64,000 nt of DNA from a virus. The position numbers and the translations under genes are program-made. Below, one piece after another: positions 47,908 through 58,462 of the stretch. Numbering within the stretch: position 1 is the stretch's first letter; every line of letters begins with the position of its first letter. The stretch is from positions 32,001 to 96,000 of IMG/VR virus record IMGVR_UViG_3300023179_000033; one strand, 5' to 3'. Below the pieces are notes generated by a model. The model saw only the letters and a program-made list of their open reading frames with translations, was not told the DNA's origin and did not search any database.

Positions 47908-48996
47908 TTATGAAGCTTGATTCGATTGTATGAATAAGCCTTTCTTTGTATCATTTGGACCACCGATTTGAGCGCTAAAGTCCATTGTTACAGATTTATT
48001 ATCACCGATTGAGGAACTAAATGATTGTGAATCAAGTTTAGCTCCTTTAAGAGTATATTTTAGTGCATATGGAGTATAACTATTATCGCAATTTGCACTT
48101 GGTACGCCAAGATTAAATGTTAGATCATAACTTCTGCTATCATCACAAACAATATCAGTAAGAGCGTTTCCTAGATTATCACTTCCACCGATGTCACCGA
48201 TTACAGCTTCGAAACTAGCTGTAACTGTTACTGGGAATGTAATTTCTCTAGAAAATGCAAACTTGCTTCCAAGTTGTTGAATTGGGTCTCTTCCAATATC
48301 TGCTCCTAATGTGAAGCTTTGAATTTTTAGATCACTTGCATTTACGCCAAGACCAGATATGCTTACGCTAATATCGCCGGGACGTAAAGCTGTAAATCCA
48401 TCACCAGTATTTGGTGTTGGAATGCCGAATGCTGTTGATGTATTTGCTGTACCAAATTGTGGATTTACGTCTGGTGTGAATCCTGTCATTGCAGGATAGA
48501 ATTTCATATTTAAGCCTTCAGCATTGACTGTTACTGTTGGAAATCCTCCTACAGCAGCTTCAAGTTGATATGAAGTTAAACCAGCATTACCAATACCAAT
48601 AACTCTGCCATTTACTCCGCTTGCGCCAGTTACGCCAACCGTAGTATCAACATTAGCATCTGTACCTTCTGGAGAAACGTAAATATAATAATTATTGATA
48701 TCTTTTCCACCAGAAAGGATACTTGCTAGAGCGCCTTGAGAGGCGCTTAATGCAAAACCTAAAGCTTGTTCGTTTTGTCCAGAATTTGCATAATAACTAA
48801 AATCTAAACTAACTGTTGGTTGTTCTAAAATAACACGATCAATAGCAGCAAGTTGACCATATTGATTAACGTCTTGTCTTGTAATGTCAAAACCATAATT
48901 TGCGGTTTGGACTCGGCTTAATTGTGTTAGACTGTTAGAACCTGTTGGCCCTATGAAAAGGGCTTCACTTTGATAAATCACTCTTTTTCTTGCCAT
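47908..48996 (-). CDS. major tail tube protein
   Basis: R.IYQSEALF.G, RVQTANY.F...RQDVNQYGQ, GRDPIQQLG, AKLDSQSFSSSIG; strong SD and downstream terminator; position before the chaperones. Confidence 0.75.
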   Translation of the reverse strand: MARKRVIYQSEALFIGPTGSNSLTQLSRVQTANYGFDITRQDVNQYGQLAAIDRVILEQPTVSLDFSYYANSGQNEQALGFALSASQGALASILSGGKDINNYYIYVSPEGTDANVDTTVGVTGASGVNGRVIGIGNAGLTSYQLEAAVGGFPTVTVNAEGLNMKFYPAMTGFTPDVNPQFGTANTSTAFGIPTPNTGDGFTALRPGDISVSISGLGVNASDLKIQSFTLGADIGRDPIQQLGSKFAFSREITFPVTVTASFEAVIGDIGGSDNLGNALTDIVCDDSRSYDLTFNLGVPSANCDNSYTPYALKYTLKGAKLDSQSFSSSIGDNKSVTMDFSAQIGGPNDTKKGLFIQSNQAS

Positions 48997-49063
48997 AATT
49001 TTATTTCTCCTTTAGAAATCTTTTCTATTATTACAGTTATTTTTATATCAAGAGAAGTTGTTT

Positions 49064-49903
49064 TTAACACCTTGGATATCTAATATTAGATATCGTAAAA
49101 TCAACAAACGCAGGAAATACTTGAGTATTCCTTGGGTTAAAATTAGCAAATATTTTACTAATATTTACTTCCATAATATAAAAAGCGTCATTAGATAGGT
49201 CAATACCAGAAGTTAAGCTATTATAGTTAAAATAGCCACTATTTAATGCCCCAAAATTGTTAAATGGTGGATTTTTGATTAATGGGACATATCTTCTGGC
49301 AGTATCTTTTAATATAGAACAAGCTGCATCTAAATTGAACATATTATCAGCTAATACAACCGCCCTAACCTCCATTATTGTATTATCCATACCTCCAAGA
49401 GCAAAAGGTTCATTTGTGCCACCATTATTTTTAAGGAATATACATGGATAAGTAATAGATTCTATAGCTAGTCCTGTGGCGGTTTGAGTTGTTCTTGGTC
49501 TTGTTTTATATTCAGTTTCAAATAATAGCTCTTCTTCTGGCTGATTAGTTAAATATATATTAAAATCTTTTACAGCATAATTGCCACTTAATGTATTGCT
49601 ATTTTGATTAGTTGTAAAATATACTTGTCCTTGATTTGGATTAATACCTGTTAATCCACTTTGACCTACAGTAATAAATGAATTATTAACATAAACTCCA
49701 GATAATAATGTAGCGCCACTTATAGAAATATCAGATACTACCTGTTTGAATGGAAGACCATAACTATAAAATCCACTATAAATACTTGTAATTGGATAAA
49801 GTTTACTATTAAAGTTTTTATATGCCTCGCCTTTTGAGAGAAGGATATTATCCATCCACATAATCATGCTAGACATTAAAATATTATCTAATTGTACTTT
49901 CAT
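49064..49903 (-). CDS. putative tail terminator / tail completion protein
   Basis: YPCIFL..G.NEPFALGG; position just upstream of the tube gene. Confidence 0.55.
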   Translation of the reverse strand: MKVQLDNILMSSMIMWMDNILLSKGEAYKNFNSKLYPITSIYSGFYSYGLPFKQVVSDISISGATLLSGVYVNNSFITVGQSGLTGINPNQGQVYFTTNQNSNTLSGNYAVKDFNIYLTNQPEEELLFETEYKTRPRTTQTATGLAIESITYPCIFLKNNGGTNEPFALGGMDNTIMEVRAVVLADNMFNLDAACSILKDTARRYVPLIKNPPFNNFGALNSGYFNYNSLTSGIDLSNDAFYIMEVNISKIFANFNPRNTQVFPAFVDFTISNIRYPRC

Positions 49904-50469
49904 TTCTTTATACTATTTACAAACATTTTTATCATTTCAGACATATATCTTACTCTTTTAAATGATGAACCTCTAACTTTATTTGCTGCTTGGACACCTT
50001 CGCCAGAACGACCACCAGCAAATGTTTTATAGATATAATTTCCAAATCCAGAAATTCCTCTTTCTATACCAACAACCCAACTTCTACCGCCTTCCCAAGG
50101 CATAGGAGTATCTTTCTTAATCGTTTCTATATCTGGATATGTAATAATAAATTTTGATCCATTTTTGCTTCTTCTACCTTTTTTAAATGAAAAGCTTTTG
50201 TCTAATAGATCGCGCAATTCTTGAATCGGAGCTTGACTTGCATAAAATCCAATATAACTGAACAAATTACCAATTCCATTTAATGTATTTGAGCTATTAG
50301 AAGCTGTTGCACCACCTTCAATTTCTTGAGTAACAGGATGATTCTCAAAATCTTCCATGAATTTTTCTTTGCTGTCTAAATAGTTTTCTTTTACAACTTC
50401 TTCTGCTTTATCTTCAAATGCTGAAGTTTCTTGAACTGCTTTTTGAACATTAAATAAAACTTTTCCCAT
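49900..50469 (-). CDS. putative neck protein
   Basis: Position among head-tail genes; HPVTQEI, GNLFSYIGF, W..GIE.GISG. Confidence 0.5.
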   Translation of the reverse strand: MGKVLFNVQKAVQETSAFEDKAEEVVKENYLDSKEKFMEDFENHPVTQEIEGGATASNSSNTLNGIGNLFSYIGFYASQAPIQELRDLLDKSFSFKKGRRSKNGSKFIITYPDIETIKKDTPMPWEGGRSWVVGIERGISGFGNYIYKTFAGGRSGEGVQAANKVRGSSFKRVRYMSEMIKMFVNSIKK

Positions 50470-50927
50470 TATCTTGTTTCCCTTAGATAGAAAACATAAT
50501 AAGTATTTCTTTGATAGTGTTTAACTATGCTAGTGCTAAATACATTGAATGTTTTTCCATCAAAAGTTATATTCTCTGTGCGATCTGTATTGATATAATT
50601 TGCACAATCTTGTTTAACATAAAGTTCAACTTGTTGGTCTGGGAACTTTAATTTAATTTCTGGATTTTCTTCCAAATTTAATTTTTCTGTATATTTTATT
50701 ACTGCATCAAATGTTTGATATCTTGGAGTATAAGTATAATCTACAATATTAGAATTTTCATCATATCCAAACATTTGATTTGTTGTATTTTGAACTATGT
50801 TTTTAATTGGCTCTTTGTTAACAACAATAGATTTCTTAAATGTTTCAAACCATGTATCGGCTGCACTTTCATACCAAGTTTGATCATTGGAAGTTAAGAA
50901 ACTGCTTGCCATAAAATTAATTGGCAA
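50469..50927 (-). CDS. putative head closure / stopper protein
   Basis: Size, ITFDGKTF strand, position. Confidence 0.5.
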   Translation of the reverse strand: MPINFMASSFLTSNDQTWYESAADTWFETFKKSIVVNKEPIKNIVQNTTNQMFGYDENSNIVDYTYTPRYQTFDAVIKYTEKLNLEENPEIKLKFPDQQVELYVKQDCANYINTDRTENITFDGKTFNVFSTSIVKHYQRNTYYVFYLRETR

Positions 50928-51465
50928 ATGGATTATTTATATTTCTTATATAACCATTGCCGTAAGTATAAGGATATCCAAGTGCTTCAACTGTATCATC
51001 GCCAGCAACTTGTAATGGACGAGATTCATTAATATTGTAATTTTGAATTAATTTATCTAATTCAACTACAATTTGTTTTCTTAATTCGCCATATGTTTTA
51101 GCGATTTCATTTTTATTAATTTTTCTTGCTGAAAATCCATTTTGATTAATTTCTATAAGACCATCAACACTAGCTGCACCAAGAGCATTTCTCATTAAAC
51201 GTTCATAATAATGAATCGAAAATAACATTTTAAATATACTTTTTTCAGCAAGTCCTACAGAGTCACCGCTATCTGATGGCGCAACTATTTCAAGATTAGT
51301 TTCATCTACATAAAATCGTTTATTAATTACATTATTAAGATCACCAATATTACTTCTAAGCCAATAAGCTATAGATGAAATACTAAGATCTGCTGGTTCA
51401 CCCATCTCACGATAAAGTTCATCAGCAATATCAACAATTTTAGCTGGTGTAGCTGCATCTGCCAT
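50917..51465 (-). CDS. putative head-tail adaptor
   Basis: Helical 182-aa protein, first of the neck genes. Confidence 0.5.
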   Translation of the reverse strand: MADAATPAKIVDIADELYREMGEPADLSISSIAYWLRSNIGDLNNVINKRFYVDETNLEIVAPSDSGDSVGLAEKSIFKMLFSIHYYERLMRNALGAASVDGLIEINQNGFSARKINKNEIAKTYGELRKQIVVELDKLIQNYNINESRPLQVAGDDTVEALGYPYTYGNGYIRNINNPFAN

Positions 51466-51475
51466 ATAATAGATA

Positions 51476-51481
51476 TTACAC
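51476..51481 (-). promoter_or_regulatory. GTGTAA putative late-promoter motif
   Basis: GTGTAATATCTATTAT-ATG (10-nt gap, no SD). Confidence 0.65.
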
Positions 51482-51520
51482 TATATAATATATATTATAA
51501 TCAAATTATGAAAGTTATTT

Positions 51521-52384
51521 TTAATTTAATTTAAATAGTTCTAGTTTAGTCCAAGCGCCATCTGCTGTACCATTTATAACTTGATTTGTGGTATTTGATG
51601 TATACGCGGTTACATCAATATAATCGCTTGATCCATTTAAAGTGGTAATTCCAAAAAGACTTGCTGTAAAATCCATTCCAGAATTTACTGGCATTTGATG
51701 AAGACTGAAAGTTGTACCATTTTTTCTTATTTGAATATTAGTTTGATCTGTTGGGGCAATAGTGCCTTTGACCCAGTTAACCATTGCGCTTACATAATAA
51801 TTTCCTTGAACAGTAGGAGTTACTCTATATGTACCTGAGTTATACCAATTATTAGGATCGGCTATCCCAGAAAATTGAATAACAGTATCTGCTCCATTAG
51901 GAATTGTTTGATCTGTTAGTCTTGCTAATTTTACATAATAATTGCCTAATGCATTTAAATTACCACTTATCAAAGTGTTTCCACTAACATATAATTTTGT
52001 AGTTCCTGTGTTTGGAAGTCCGCCTATTCCTAATGAATTTCCAGTTAATACAAAATCATTTCTATTATAAGATCCCATAATAACAGTATTATCATCAAAA
52101 GCTTCTATAATAGGAAGTCCAGCTATATCGTTAACGCTAAAAAGAGAGCCAGAAAGATTATCTGTTACAGAGAATAAACGACCATTAGCGCCATCTACAG
52201 AAAATCTATCTAATCCAGTAACATTAGATACATAACTAGTCAAATTTAATCCACCATAATTATCAAAACTCATTCTATTAGCAAAAGCGCCGCCAGTAAA
52301 ATTAGTATTAAATGAACTAGCGCCAGCAGTTCCTGTTGTAAATTCCATTATTCCTGAGTTTGGATTAATTAATATGTTGGGCAT
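51521..52384 (-). CDS. short fibre protein with a C1q/TNF-like C-terminal domain
   Basis: TYRVTPTVQGNYYVSA, IRKNG, LNGSSDYIDV; N-terminal LFSVTD/LFSVND repeats. Confidence 0.65.
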   Translation of the reverse strand: MPNILINPNSGIMEFTTGTAGASSFNTNFTGGAFANRMSFDNYGGLNLTSYVSNVTGLDRFSVDGANGRLFSVTDNLSGSLFSVNDIAGLPIIEAFDDNTVIMGSYNRNDFVLTGNSLGIGGLPNTGTTKLYVSGNTLISGNLNALGNYYVKLARLTDQTIPNGADTVIQFSGIADPNNWYNSGTYRVTPTVQGNYYVSAMVNWVKGTIAPTDQTNIQIRKNGTTFSLHQMPVNSGMDFTASLFGITTLNGSSDYIDVTAYTSNTTNQVINGTADGAWTKLELFKLN

Positions 52385-52393
52385 ATAGATAAA

Positions 52394-52399
52394 TTACAC
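52394..52399 (-). promoter_or_regulatory. GTGTAA putative late-promoter motif
   Basis: GTGTAATTTATCTAT-ATG (9-nt gap, no SD). Confidence 0.65.
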
Positions 52400-53109
52400 T
52401 ATGTTAATCTAAACCTTCCTTTTAAAGCATTGTAATTTTGAAGGATTTCAACGCTATTTAATGGTCTATTATAAACAGAAGCAGAATAAATTTTTATTCC
52501 ATTTTGCGTCCAATTATCTCCGTCTGAATTATAACCTAACTCAATAAGATTTTTAGTATTAACTCCAAGACTTGAAGCTAAAGATTGAGAAGATCTTAAT
52601 ATTCCATTAACATAAAGTTGAACTAAATTGTTATTTATAACTCCAGCGATAACATAAAATCTATTAATAAAATTAGCTTTTGGAGTAATAGAATATTGAA
52701 GATCAAAGTAGAGATTTCCCGAGTCTTCTGCTCCATAAAATTGAATATATGGATTTGCTCCATTTGGATCATAGAAACCAATAATCCATCCAGCGAAATT
52801 TATATCCATAGAAGCGATTAATGATCCAAAATTCCCTTGGGTAAGATTTGGGCAAAAAGCTGATACAATAATTGTATGTTTATCTGAAATATTAGTATAA
52901 CTTCTATTAAAATATACTCGGCTACTATTATAAATAGACATTTGAAATGCTTTATCTGATGAAAGACTTACATTTGTTAATGTACCATTCCCATTTATAT
53001 TAGTTAAATCTTTACAAGTTGATCCCGAAGTATAACATTTTGGATTTGATGGATCTATATGAAAAACTAAACCATTTGTAATTAAATCTGGTCCACCAGC
53101 GCAACTCAT
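52399..53109 (-). CDS. LamG/ConA-like lectin-domain virion protein
   Basis: GLVFHID.SN..CY, LYVNG, VYNRPL...EILQNYNALKGRF. Confidence 0.8.
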   Translation of the reverse strand: MSCAGGPDLITNGLVFHIDPSNPKCYTSGSTCKDLTNINGNGTLTNVSLSSDKAFQMSIYNSSRVYFNRSYTNISDKHTIIVSAFCPNLTQGNFGSLIASMDINFAGWIIGFYDPNGANPYIQFYGAEDSGNLYFDLQYSITPKANFINRFYVIAGVINNNLVQLYVNGILRSSQSLASSLGVNTKNLIELGYNSDGDNWTQNGIKIYSASVYNRPLNSVEILQNYNALKGRFRLT

Positions 53110-53762
53110 AAATTAAACCTTCCTTTGAGAGCATTATAATTTTGTAAAGCCTCAGACGATGATAAGGCTTTATTATAAATTGATACTGCGGCAATATTGC
53201 CAGTAAGAAATCTTGCTGTGCCAAGTATACTTGCAATTGTTGCTGTGCCAGAATCTAATGTGCCAGTACTTGCATGAAGTGAATCAAATGCTCCATTAAT
53301 ATAATAAATTGTATTTGAGCTATTAACCATAACAAGATTATACCATTTATTTTGAACAATATATTGAGAAGCATATCTAGCACTACTACCATTCCAACTA
53401 AGAAATCTAATAGTTGAAGTTGTAGTTCCATACATAGATATAGAAGCAATATCAGTTGATGGCGCAAATAATTGTATTTCGCTATTAGCAACTAACGTAG
53501 TAATTTGTACCCAAAAACATATTGAAAATGTTGAAGAAAAAGTAGGTAGACTTAAACTTGCGTAATCATTAGATCCATCGAAAGTTATAATTCCGCTATT
53601 TCTAGAATTAAAAGTTGGGCCGCCAGTTAAGGTGGCATTTGCTGTATTTTGAGCTAAATTTCTCCATAGAGTTCCAGAACCAGAATAGCTTTTTCTATTT
53701 GCAGCGTCTAAATAAACGCTTAATCTATCAGTGACTATTCTTGGAGAATGATGAAGGCTCAT
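53106..53762 (-). CDS. LamG/ConA-like lectin-domain virion protein
   Basis: LDAANRKSYSGSG, FDGSNDY, WYNLV, YING, YNKALS..EALQNYNALKGRF. Confidence 0.8.
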   Translation of the reverse strand: MSLHHSPRIVTDRLSVYLDAANRKSYSGSGTLWRNLAQNTANATLTGGPTFNSRNSGIITFDGSNDYASLSLPTFSSTFSICFWVQITTLVANSEIQLFAPSTDIASISMYGTTTSTIRFLSWNGSSARYASQYIVQNKWYNLVMVNSSNTIYYINGAFDSLHASTGTLDSGTATIASILGTARFLTGNIAAVSIYNKALSSSEALQNYNALKGRFNL

Positions 53763-53763
53763 T

Positions 53764-54492
53764 TTAGTATATTTTCCATTTGTTATTGAGATAATTTTGT
53801 ATTTTTAGAATATTAGTTAAAGATGGAATTGTAGAATATACAATAATTTCGCCAATAAAACCTTTTAGAAAATAAGTTGCACTATTTTGAAAAATATCTG
53901 TATTTTGAAATACATTCGAAACTGTAGAATAAAATGAAGTTGAATTTATTTTTGATTCCCAAAAACTAGATCTAGACTCGACGCTATACATAGTTAAATT
54001 TGTTAGATTTTGCGATGGATTACTTGTCGTTTTTCTTGTGTTAGTAAATGTTGCATCATAAATTGTTCCATCTGTCCAAGGTAAATGAGAATTAAAACTA
54101 GAAATTGTTCCTAATGGATGACCAGCAAAAGTAGTCGAAGTAGGTGGATTATTATCTATTTTAAATATACATATTGCAAATGCAGAAGTTACAGCTGAAG
54201 TATTTATAGAGCTAAAATATTGAGTTCCATCCATTCTTATTAGACTTAATCTATTTTGTCCATTTAATTTTAAAGTAGGTCTTACGCCAGCAGTTGATTG
54301 AAAAGCGTGTCTACTGTTTCCACTTTTATCTTCCCATCTGCCAATAGCTGTTCCGTCTGCAATAATTCTATTTCCTCCAGTATTATTATCAAACAAAGTA
54401 GTTGAGTCATTTGCATCTAACCATAAACTTAATCCACCGATAGTTTTTGGAAAAATGCTTTTTTCTGGCGTAGTTCCATATATTGTCGCCAT
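53764..54492 (-). CDS. LamG/ConA-like virion protein
   Basis: LSLWLDAND, RWEDKSGN, G.IGEIIVY, YLNNKW. Confidence 0.75.
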   Translation of the reverse strand: MATIYGTTPEKSIFPKTIGGLSLWLDANDSTTLFDNNTGGNRIIADGTAIGRWEDKSGNSRHAFQSTAGVRPTLKLNGQNRLSLIRMDGTQYFSSINTSAVTSAFAICIFKIDNNPPTSTTFAGHPLGTISSFNSHLPWTDGTIYDATFTNTRKTTSNPSQNLTNLTMYSVESRSSFWESKINSTSFYSTVSNVFQNTDIFQNSATYFLKGFIGEIIVYSTIPSLTNILKIQNYLNNKWKIY

Positions 54493-54493
54493 A

Positions 54494-57400
54494 TTAAAAC
54501 TCCACAGTTAATTTTGGTATATCTTTTCTTTCGCCGTAGATTGTATAAAAATAATAGTTTCCATTATTGCCATTGGTGACTATTCTTTGATTATTATAAT
54601 CAACAACATAAATATTATTCGCGGCGCTAATTGGAGTTAAATTAACTGAAATGCTATTTTCATCAACTAAAGCGGACCAATAATCTGGAAGATTGATTAT
54701 ATTATCATTGGTTTTTCCTCGTACAAATACTCCATGCTCTGGACCTTCTAAACTTCCATATTGGAGTTTTTTGCCAATTATTGTTGGATGATCTATTAAA
54801 AATGATTTAGAAGCTGCAGAAAGATGACCAGTAATTGTTGTATTGCCACTTACTGTTAAATTGCCTACAATGTTTGTATTATCTAAAATATTAACTACAC
54901 CAGAAGCATTGATATTAATGTTATTACCAGTTAAAGTTAAATCACGAAGAATACCAGAATTAGTTTGTTGAGGGCCGATTACTAGACCAGAATTAATCCA
55001 ACCAACTAGTCCAAATTCACCAGAATTAGTTCCAGTTGTGTTATAAACTCTGAATTGTTGAGGATTAACTCCATTACGTTGAGCGAAAATTCCCGCGCCA
55101 TCTCTTGTAATAGATAAATCATAATTAAAATTACTAACATCAGTTCCCCAACATACAAGCATATTAGATGGCCAACCAAATAAACTATTTACTGATCTCG
55201 CTGTAAAAGCTTTACTTGAACTTACATAAACATCATAATCTGTGGATGAATTTAATGTATTAAATCCCCATCGAACACTGCTTTTACCTATTTCAAAATT
55301 AGTTCTACCGCTTGATTGTATCGCAAAAAGTCTTGAAGCTGTTGCGGATCCACGATCTATAATGTTTATAGATAATCCAGTATAATTTTCAGAAGCATTA
55401 TTCCAAGTTCCAGTAATATAAAGAGCAGGATTTGTTCCTGTTGGTTGAACATTGATTACTACGCCAGAATTGAATGTTTTAGTTCCATTAATTAACTGAT
55501 TGCCAGTTGTAAATACTATATTACTATCTGTCGAATTTATATAACCGCTAAGATTATTAATTTTTGTATCAAGAGTAGAGCCAGTACTAGCAAGATTAGC
55601 GGCGGATGCGCTCCAGCCGCTAAGTGAATTTATTTTATTGTCAAGAGTACTTCCAGTTGATGCAAGATTACTAATGGTTGCGTAGTTAGACGTTAAGGTT
55701 CCGCTTAACGATCCTATCTTGCTATCTAACGTACTTCCAGTCGAAGCAAGATTTAGTGCAGAAGCAGACCAACCGCTAAGTGAGTTTACTTTATTATCTA
55801 AAGTAGAACCTGTAGAAAATAAATTTGTTATTGTAGCATAATTAGATGTTAAATTTCCACTTAATGAGTTTACTTTATTATCTAATGTTGATCCTGTCAA
55901 GGCAAGGTTTGATATAGTAGAGTAAGTGGAAGTCAAATTGCCACTTAAACTATTAATTTTATTATCTAGTGTTGATCCACTAGTCGCAAGATTAGTTGCA
56001 GATGCACTCCATCCACTTAATGAATTAATTTTACTATCTAGTGTATTACCAGTCGAGGCTAAATTTAAAGCTGAAGCGGACCAACCACTTAAACTATTAA
56101 TTTTATTATTTAAATTAGAACCTGTAGATGCAAGATTTATTATTGTGCTAAATGTATTATTTGCAACTCCACTATAAGCTTGAATATCTTGTACAGAAGC
56201 AATATCAGGTAAAGTTGAAAGATCGCTATTTCTTGTACTAATTCCAAATTTAAATTTATCGGTATGATCAAAACCAATAATTGGACCACTATCATTTAAT
56301 CCAGTTAATCCACTTCCAGTTACAAAGAAAATTCCACCATCAACTGCGCCGCCAGTAAGATTCAATAGAATATAAGGGCTTTGAACACTAAAATTATTTG
56401 TACTTACAATTGTTTGAGTGCCAGTAACAAAAAGGTTATTAATATAAGTATTATCATTAAAAGTTTTGTTTCCAAGTATTGTTTGATTGCCATAAGTTAA
56501 TACTGTTACGCCACTTAGTGAATTGATTTTATTATCTAAAGTGCTTCCAGTAGTTATTAAATTATTTGATATTGTAGTATCTTGAGTATTAACATAACCA
56601 CTTAAAGAGTTTATTCTATTATTTAAAGTATTTCCTGTGTTATAAAGATTAGTGGATATATTATTATCTTGAGTATTTACATACCCACTCAAATTATCAA
56701 TCTTTGTATTTAAATTAGAGCCCGTATTAAATAAATTAGTAATTAATATGACACCAGTAGATATTAAATTAGTTGCGGAAGCGCTCCAGCCGCTAAGTGA
56801 ATTAATCTTATTATCTAATGTTGAACCAGTAGTAGCAAGATTTATTGAAGATGCTGACCAACCACTTAATGAGTTGATTTTATTATCTAAAATAGATCCT
56901 GTATTAAATAAATTAGTAATTAATGTGGCGCCAGTAGATGTTAAATTAACTGCTGATGCACTCCAACCGCTGAGAGAATTAATTTTATTATCGAGAGTAG
57001 AGCCAGTGGTATATAATTGGGAATCTGTAGCAAATGTTGTATCAAGATTTCCGCTAAAACCTGTTAACATTGAATATAAATTAGATCCAGTAGATTGTAA
57101 ATTTACTATTGATGCAGAGTATCCGCTTAAAGAATTAATTTTAGAATCTAATGTGCTGCCAGTAGTTGCAAGATTTGTAATCGTTGAATAATTAGCAGTC
57201 AAATTTCCGCTAAGTGAATTAATTTTACTATCAAGAGTTGATCCAGTATTTGCTAGATTAATGGCGGATGCGCTTGAACCACTTAAAGAATTTATCTTAT
57301 TATCAAGCGTAGAACCAGTAGTATACAATTGAGAATCTGTAGCGTAATTTGCATCTAAATTGCCACTAAAATTAATTAATAATGTATAAAGATTAGATCC

Positions 57401-57691
57401 TGTACTTTGTAAATTAGTTGTTAAAGAATTTACTGCTGATTGAAAATATCCACTATTACCAGAAACATAAATTGTATTAACTGATTGATCAGAAGAAATT
57501 ATAATACCATTCTCACCAGATAATGAAATTGATTCGCCACTTATTCCATTAATTAATGGAGTAAAACCTCTTGGACCTGCAGGACCTTGAGGACCGGGAA
57601 CAGAAACATTTGTAGCTAATGCTTGCGTTGGCGATGTTACATCAACGCTAATTGGATCTGGCAAAACCACATTAACATTTATGTCTGCCAT
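54494..57691 (-). CDS. long fibre protein (collagen triplets, coiled-coil repeat stalk, C-terminal chaperone-like domain)
   Basis: GPQGPAGPRG; about 17 TGSTLD.KINSLSG repeats; KSFLIDHP..LQYGSLEGPE.GV..RG..LPDYW..GERKD. Confidence 0.85.
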   Translation of the reverse strand: MADINVNVVLPDPISVDVTSPTQALATNVSVPGPQGPAGPRGFTPLINGISGESISLSGENGIIISSDQSVNTIYVSGNSGYFQSAVNSLTTNLQSTGSNLYTLLINFSGNLDANYATDSQLYTTGSTLDNKINSLSGSSASAINLANTGSTLDSKINSLSGNLTANYSTITNLATTGSTLDSKINSLSGYSASIVNLQSTGSNLYSMLTGFSGNLDTTFATDSQLYTTGSTLDNKINSLSGWSASAVNLTSTGATLITNLFNTGSILDNKINSLSGWSASSINLATTGSTLDNKINSLSGWSASATNLISTGVILITNLFNTGSNLNTKIDNLSGYVNTQDNNISTNLYNTGNTLNNRINSLSGYVNTQDTTISNNLITTGSTLDNKINSLSGVTVLTYGNQTILGNKTFNDNTYINNLFVTGTQTIVSTNNFSVQSPYILLNLTGGAVDGGIFFVTGSGLTGLNDSGPIIGFDHTDKFKFGISTRNSDLSTLPDIASVQDIQAYSGVANNTFSTIINLASTGSNLNNKINSLSGWSASALNLASTGNTLDSKINSLSGWSASATNLATSGSTLDNKINSLSGNLTSTYSTISNLALTGSTLDNKVNSLSGNLTSNYATITNLFSTGSTLDNKVNSLSGWSASALNLASTGSTLDSKIGSLSGTLTSNYATISNLASTGSTLDNKINSLSGWSASAANLASTGSTLDTKINNLSGYINSTDSNIVFTTGNQLINGTKTFNSGVVINVQPTGTNPALYITGTWNNASENYTGLSINIIDRGSATASRLFAIQSSGRTNFEIGKSSVRWGFNTLNSSTDYDVYVSSSKAFTARSVNSLFGWPSNMLVCWGTDVSNFNYDLSITRDGAGIFAQRNGVNPQQFRVYNTTGTNSGEFGLVGWINSGLVIGPQQTNSGILRDLTLTGNNININASGVVNILDNTNIVGNLTVSGNTTITGHLSAASKSFLIDHPTIIGKKLQYGSLEGPEHGVFVRGKTNDNIINLPDYWSALVDENSISVNLTPISAANNIYVVDYNNQRIVTNGNNGNYYFYTIYGERKDIPKLTVEF

Positions 57692-57695
57692 AATC

Positions 57696-58040
57696 TTATC
57701 TCGTTACTTCTGGTAATATAGAAATTATACCTCTTAATAATTTGATACTATTTCCTGTAGGAACTCCAGAAGGAAATCTTTCTACATCATATACAAAATC
57801 ACCTACTGGAACATCTTGCGAAACATAAGAGTCTATGCTTATAGATGATGCGTTTCCGCTATAAACATTTACAGTAGGATTTAAATTTAATAAAATTCCA
57901 CTTGAACCATAATCAGCGCGAACTTGACCTCTTACATCATAACCACTAAAACTTATTGGTGTTCCATTTGAATCAACGACATTTAATGTAAGTTGTATAT
58001 AGTCGCCTTGATATCCAGTAAAATTATAAAAGGTAGCCAT
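57696..58040 (-). CDS. putative fibre attachment / virion structural protein
   Basis: YQGD....L...DS.G.PI.FSGY..RGQVR..Y, VYDVE, LLRG.I...PEVTR pattern typical of proteins next to fibre genes. Confidence 0.6.
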   Translation of the reverse strand: MATFYNFTGYQGDYIQLTLNVVDSNGTPISFSGYDVRGQVRADYGSSGILLNLNPTVNVYSGNASSISIDSYVSQDVPVGDFVYDVERFPSGVPTGNSIKLLRGIISILPEVTR

Positions 58041-58050
58041 ATAATAAATA

Positions 58051-58056
58051 TTACAC
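58051..58056 (-). promoter_or_regulatory. GTGTAA putative late-promoter motif
   Basis: GTGTAATATTTATTAT-ATG (10-nt gap, no SD). Confidence 0.65.
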
Positions 58057-58090
58057 AGCTACACTTTTATAGCGAATTAATTTTTAAATT

Positions 58091-58435
58091 TTATCTACCT
58101 TCTGAAAGAATATCACGAGCACTTTTTGATACTGGTTTATTGCTTGAACTATCTGGTCTTACTCTATATTGAGAAGCGTATTTTACAAATTCTTGCTTTA
58201 ATCTTTTTCTTAATGTTTCACGATCATCAATTGGAATAAGACCAATTTTAACTGCGTGAGCTTGTAGATCGCTCTTTGAAAGACCTTTTAAATATTCCTC
58301 ATATTCAACAGGATCAAGAGTTCCGTACTTCCTCTTGCCATCATCACCCCAAATTTGGTCTAGTGTTACTTTACGATTTTCTACCTTGCCATGAGTTTGG
58401 CTAAGATTATCTAATGTTGATTTTTTGCGTGGCAT
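58091..58435 (-). CDS. small basic protein with a HeH/Rho_N/SAP-like motif
   Basis: LKGLSKSDLQAHAVKIGL....RETLRKRL. Confidence 0.55.
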   Translation of the reverse strand: MPRKKSTLDNLSQTHGKVENRKVTLDQIWGDDGKRKYGTLDPVEYEEYLKGLSKSDLQAHAVKIGLIPIDDRETLRKRLKQEFVKYASQYRVRPDSSSNKPVSKSARDILSEGR

Positions 58436-58462
58436 AATATATATTATATCTCCTATTAATAG

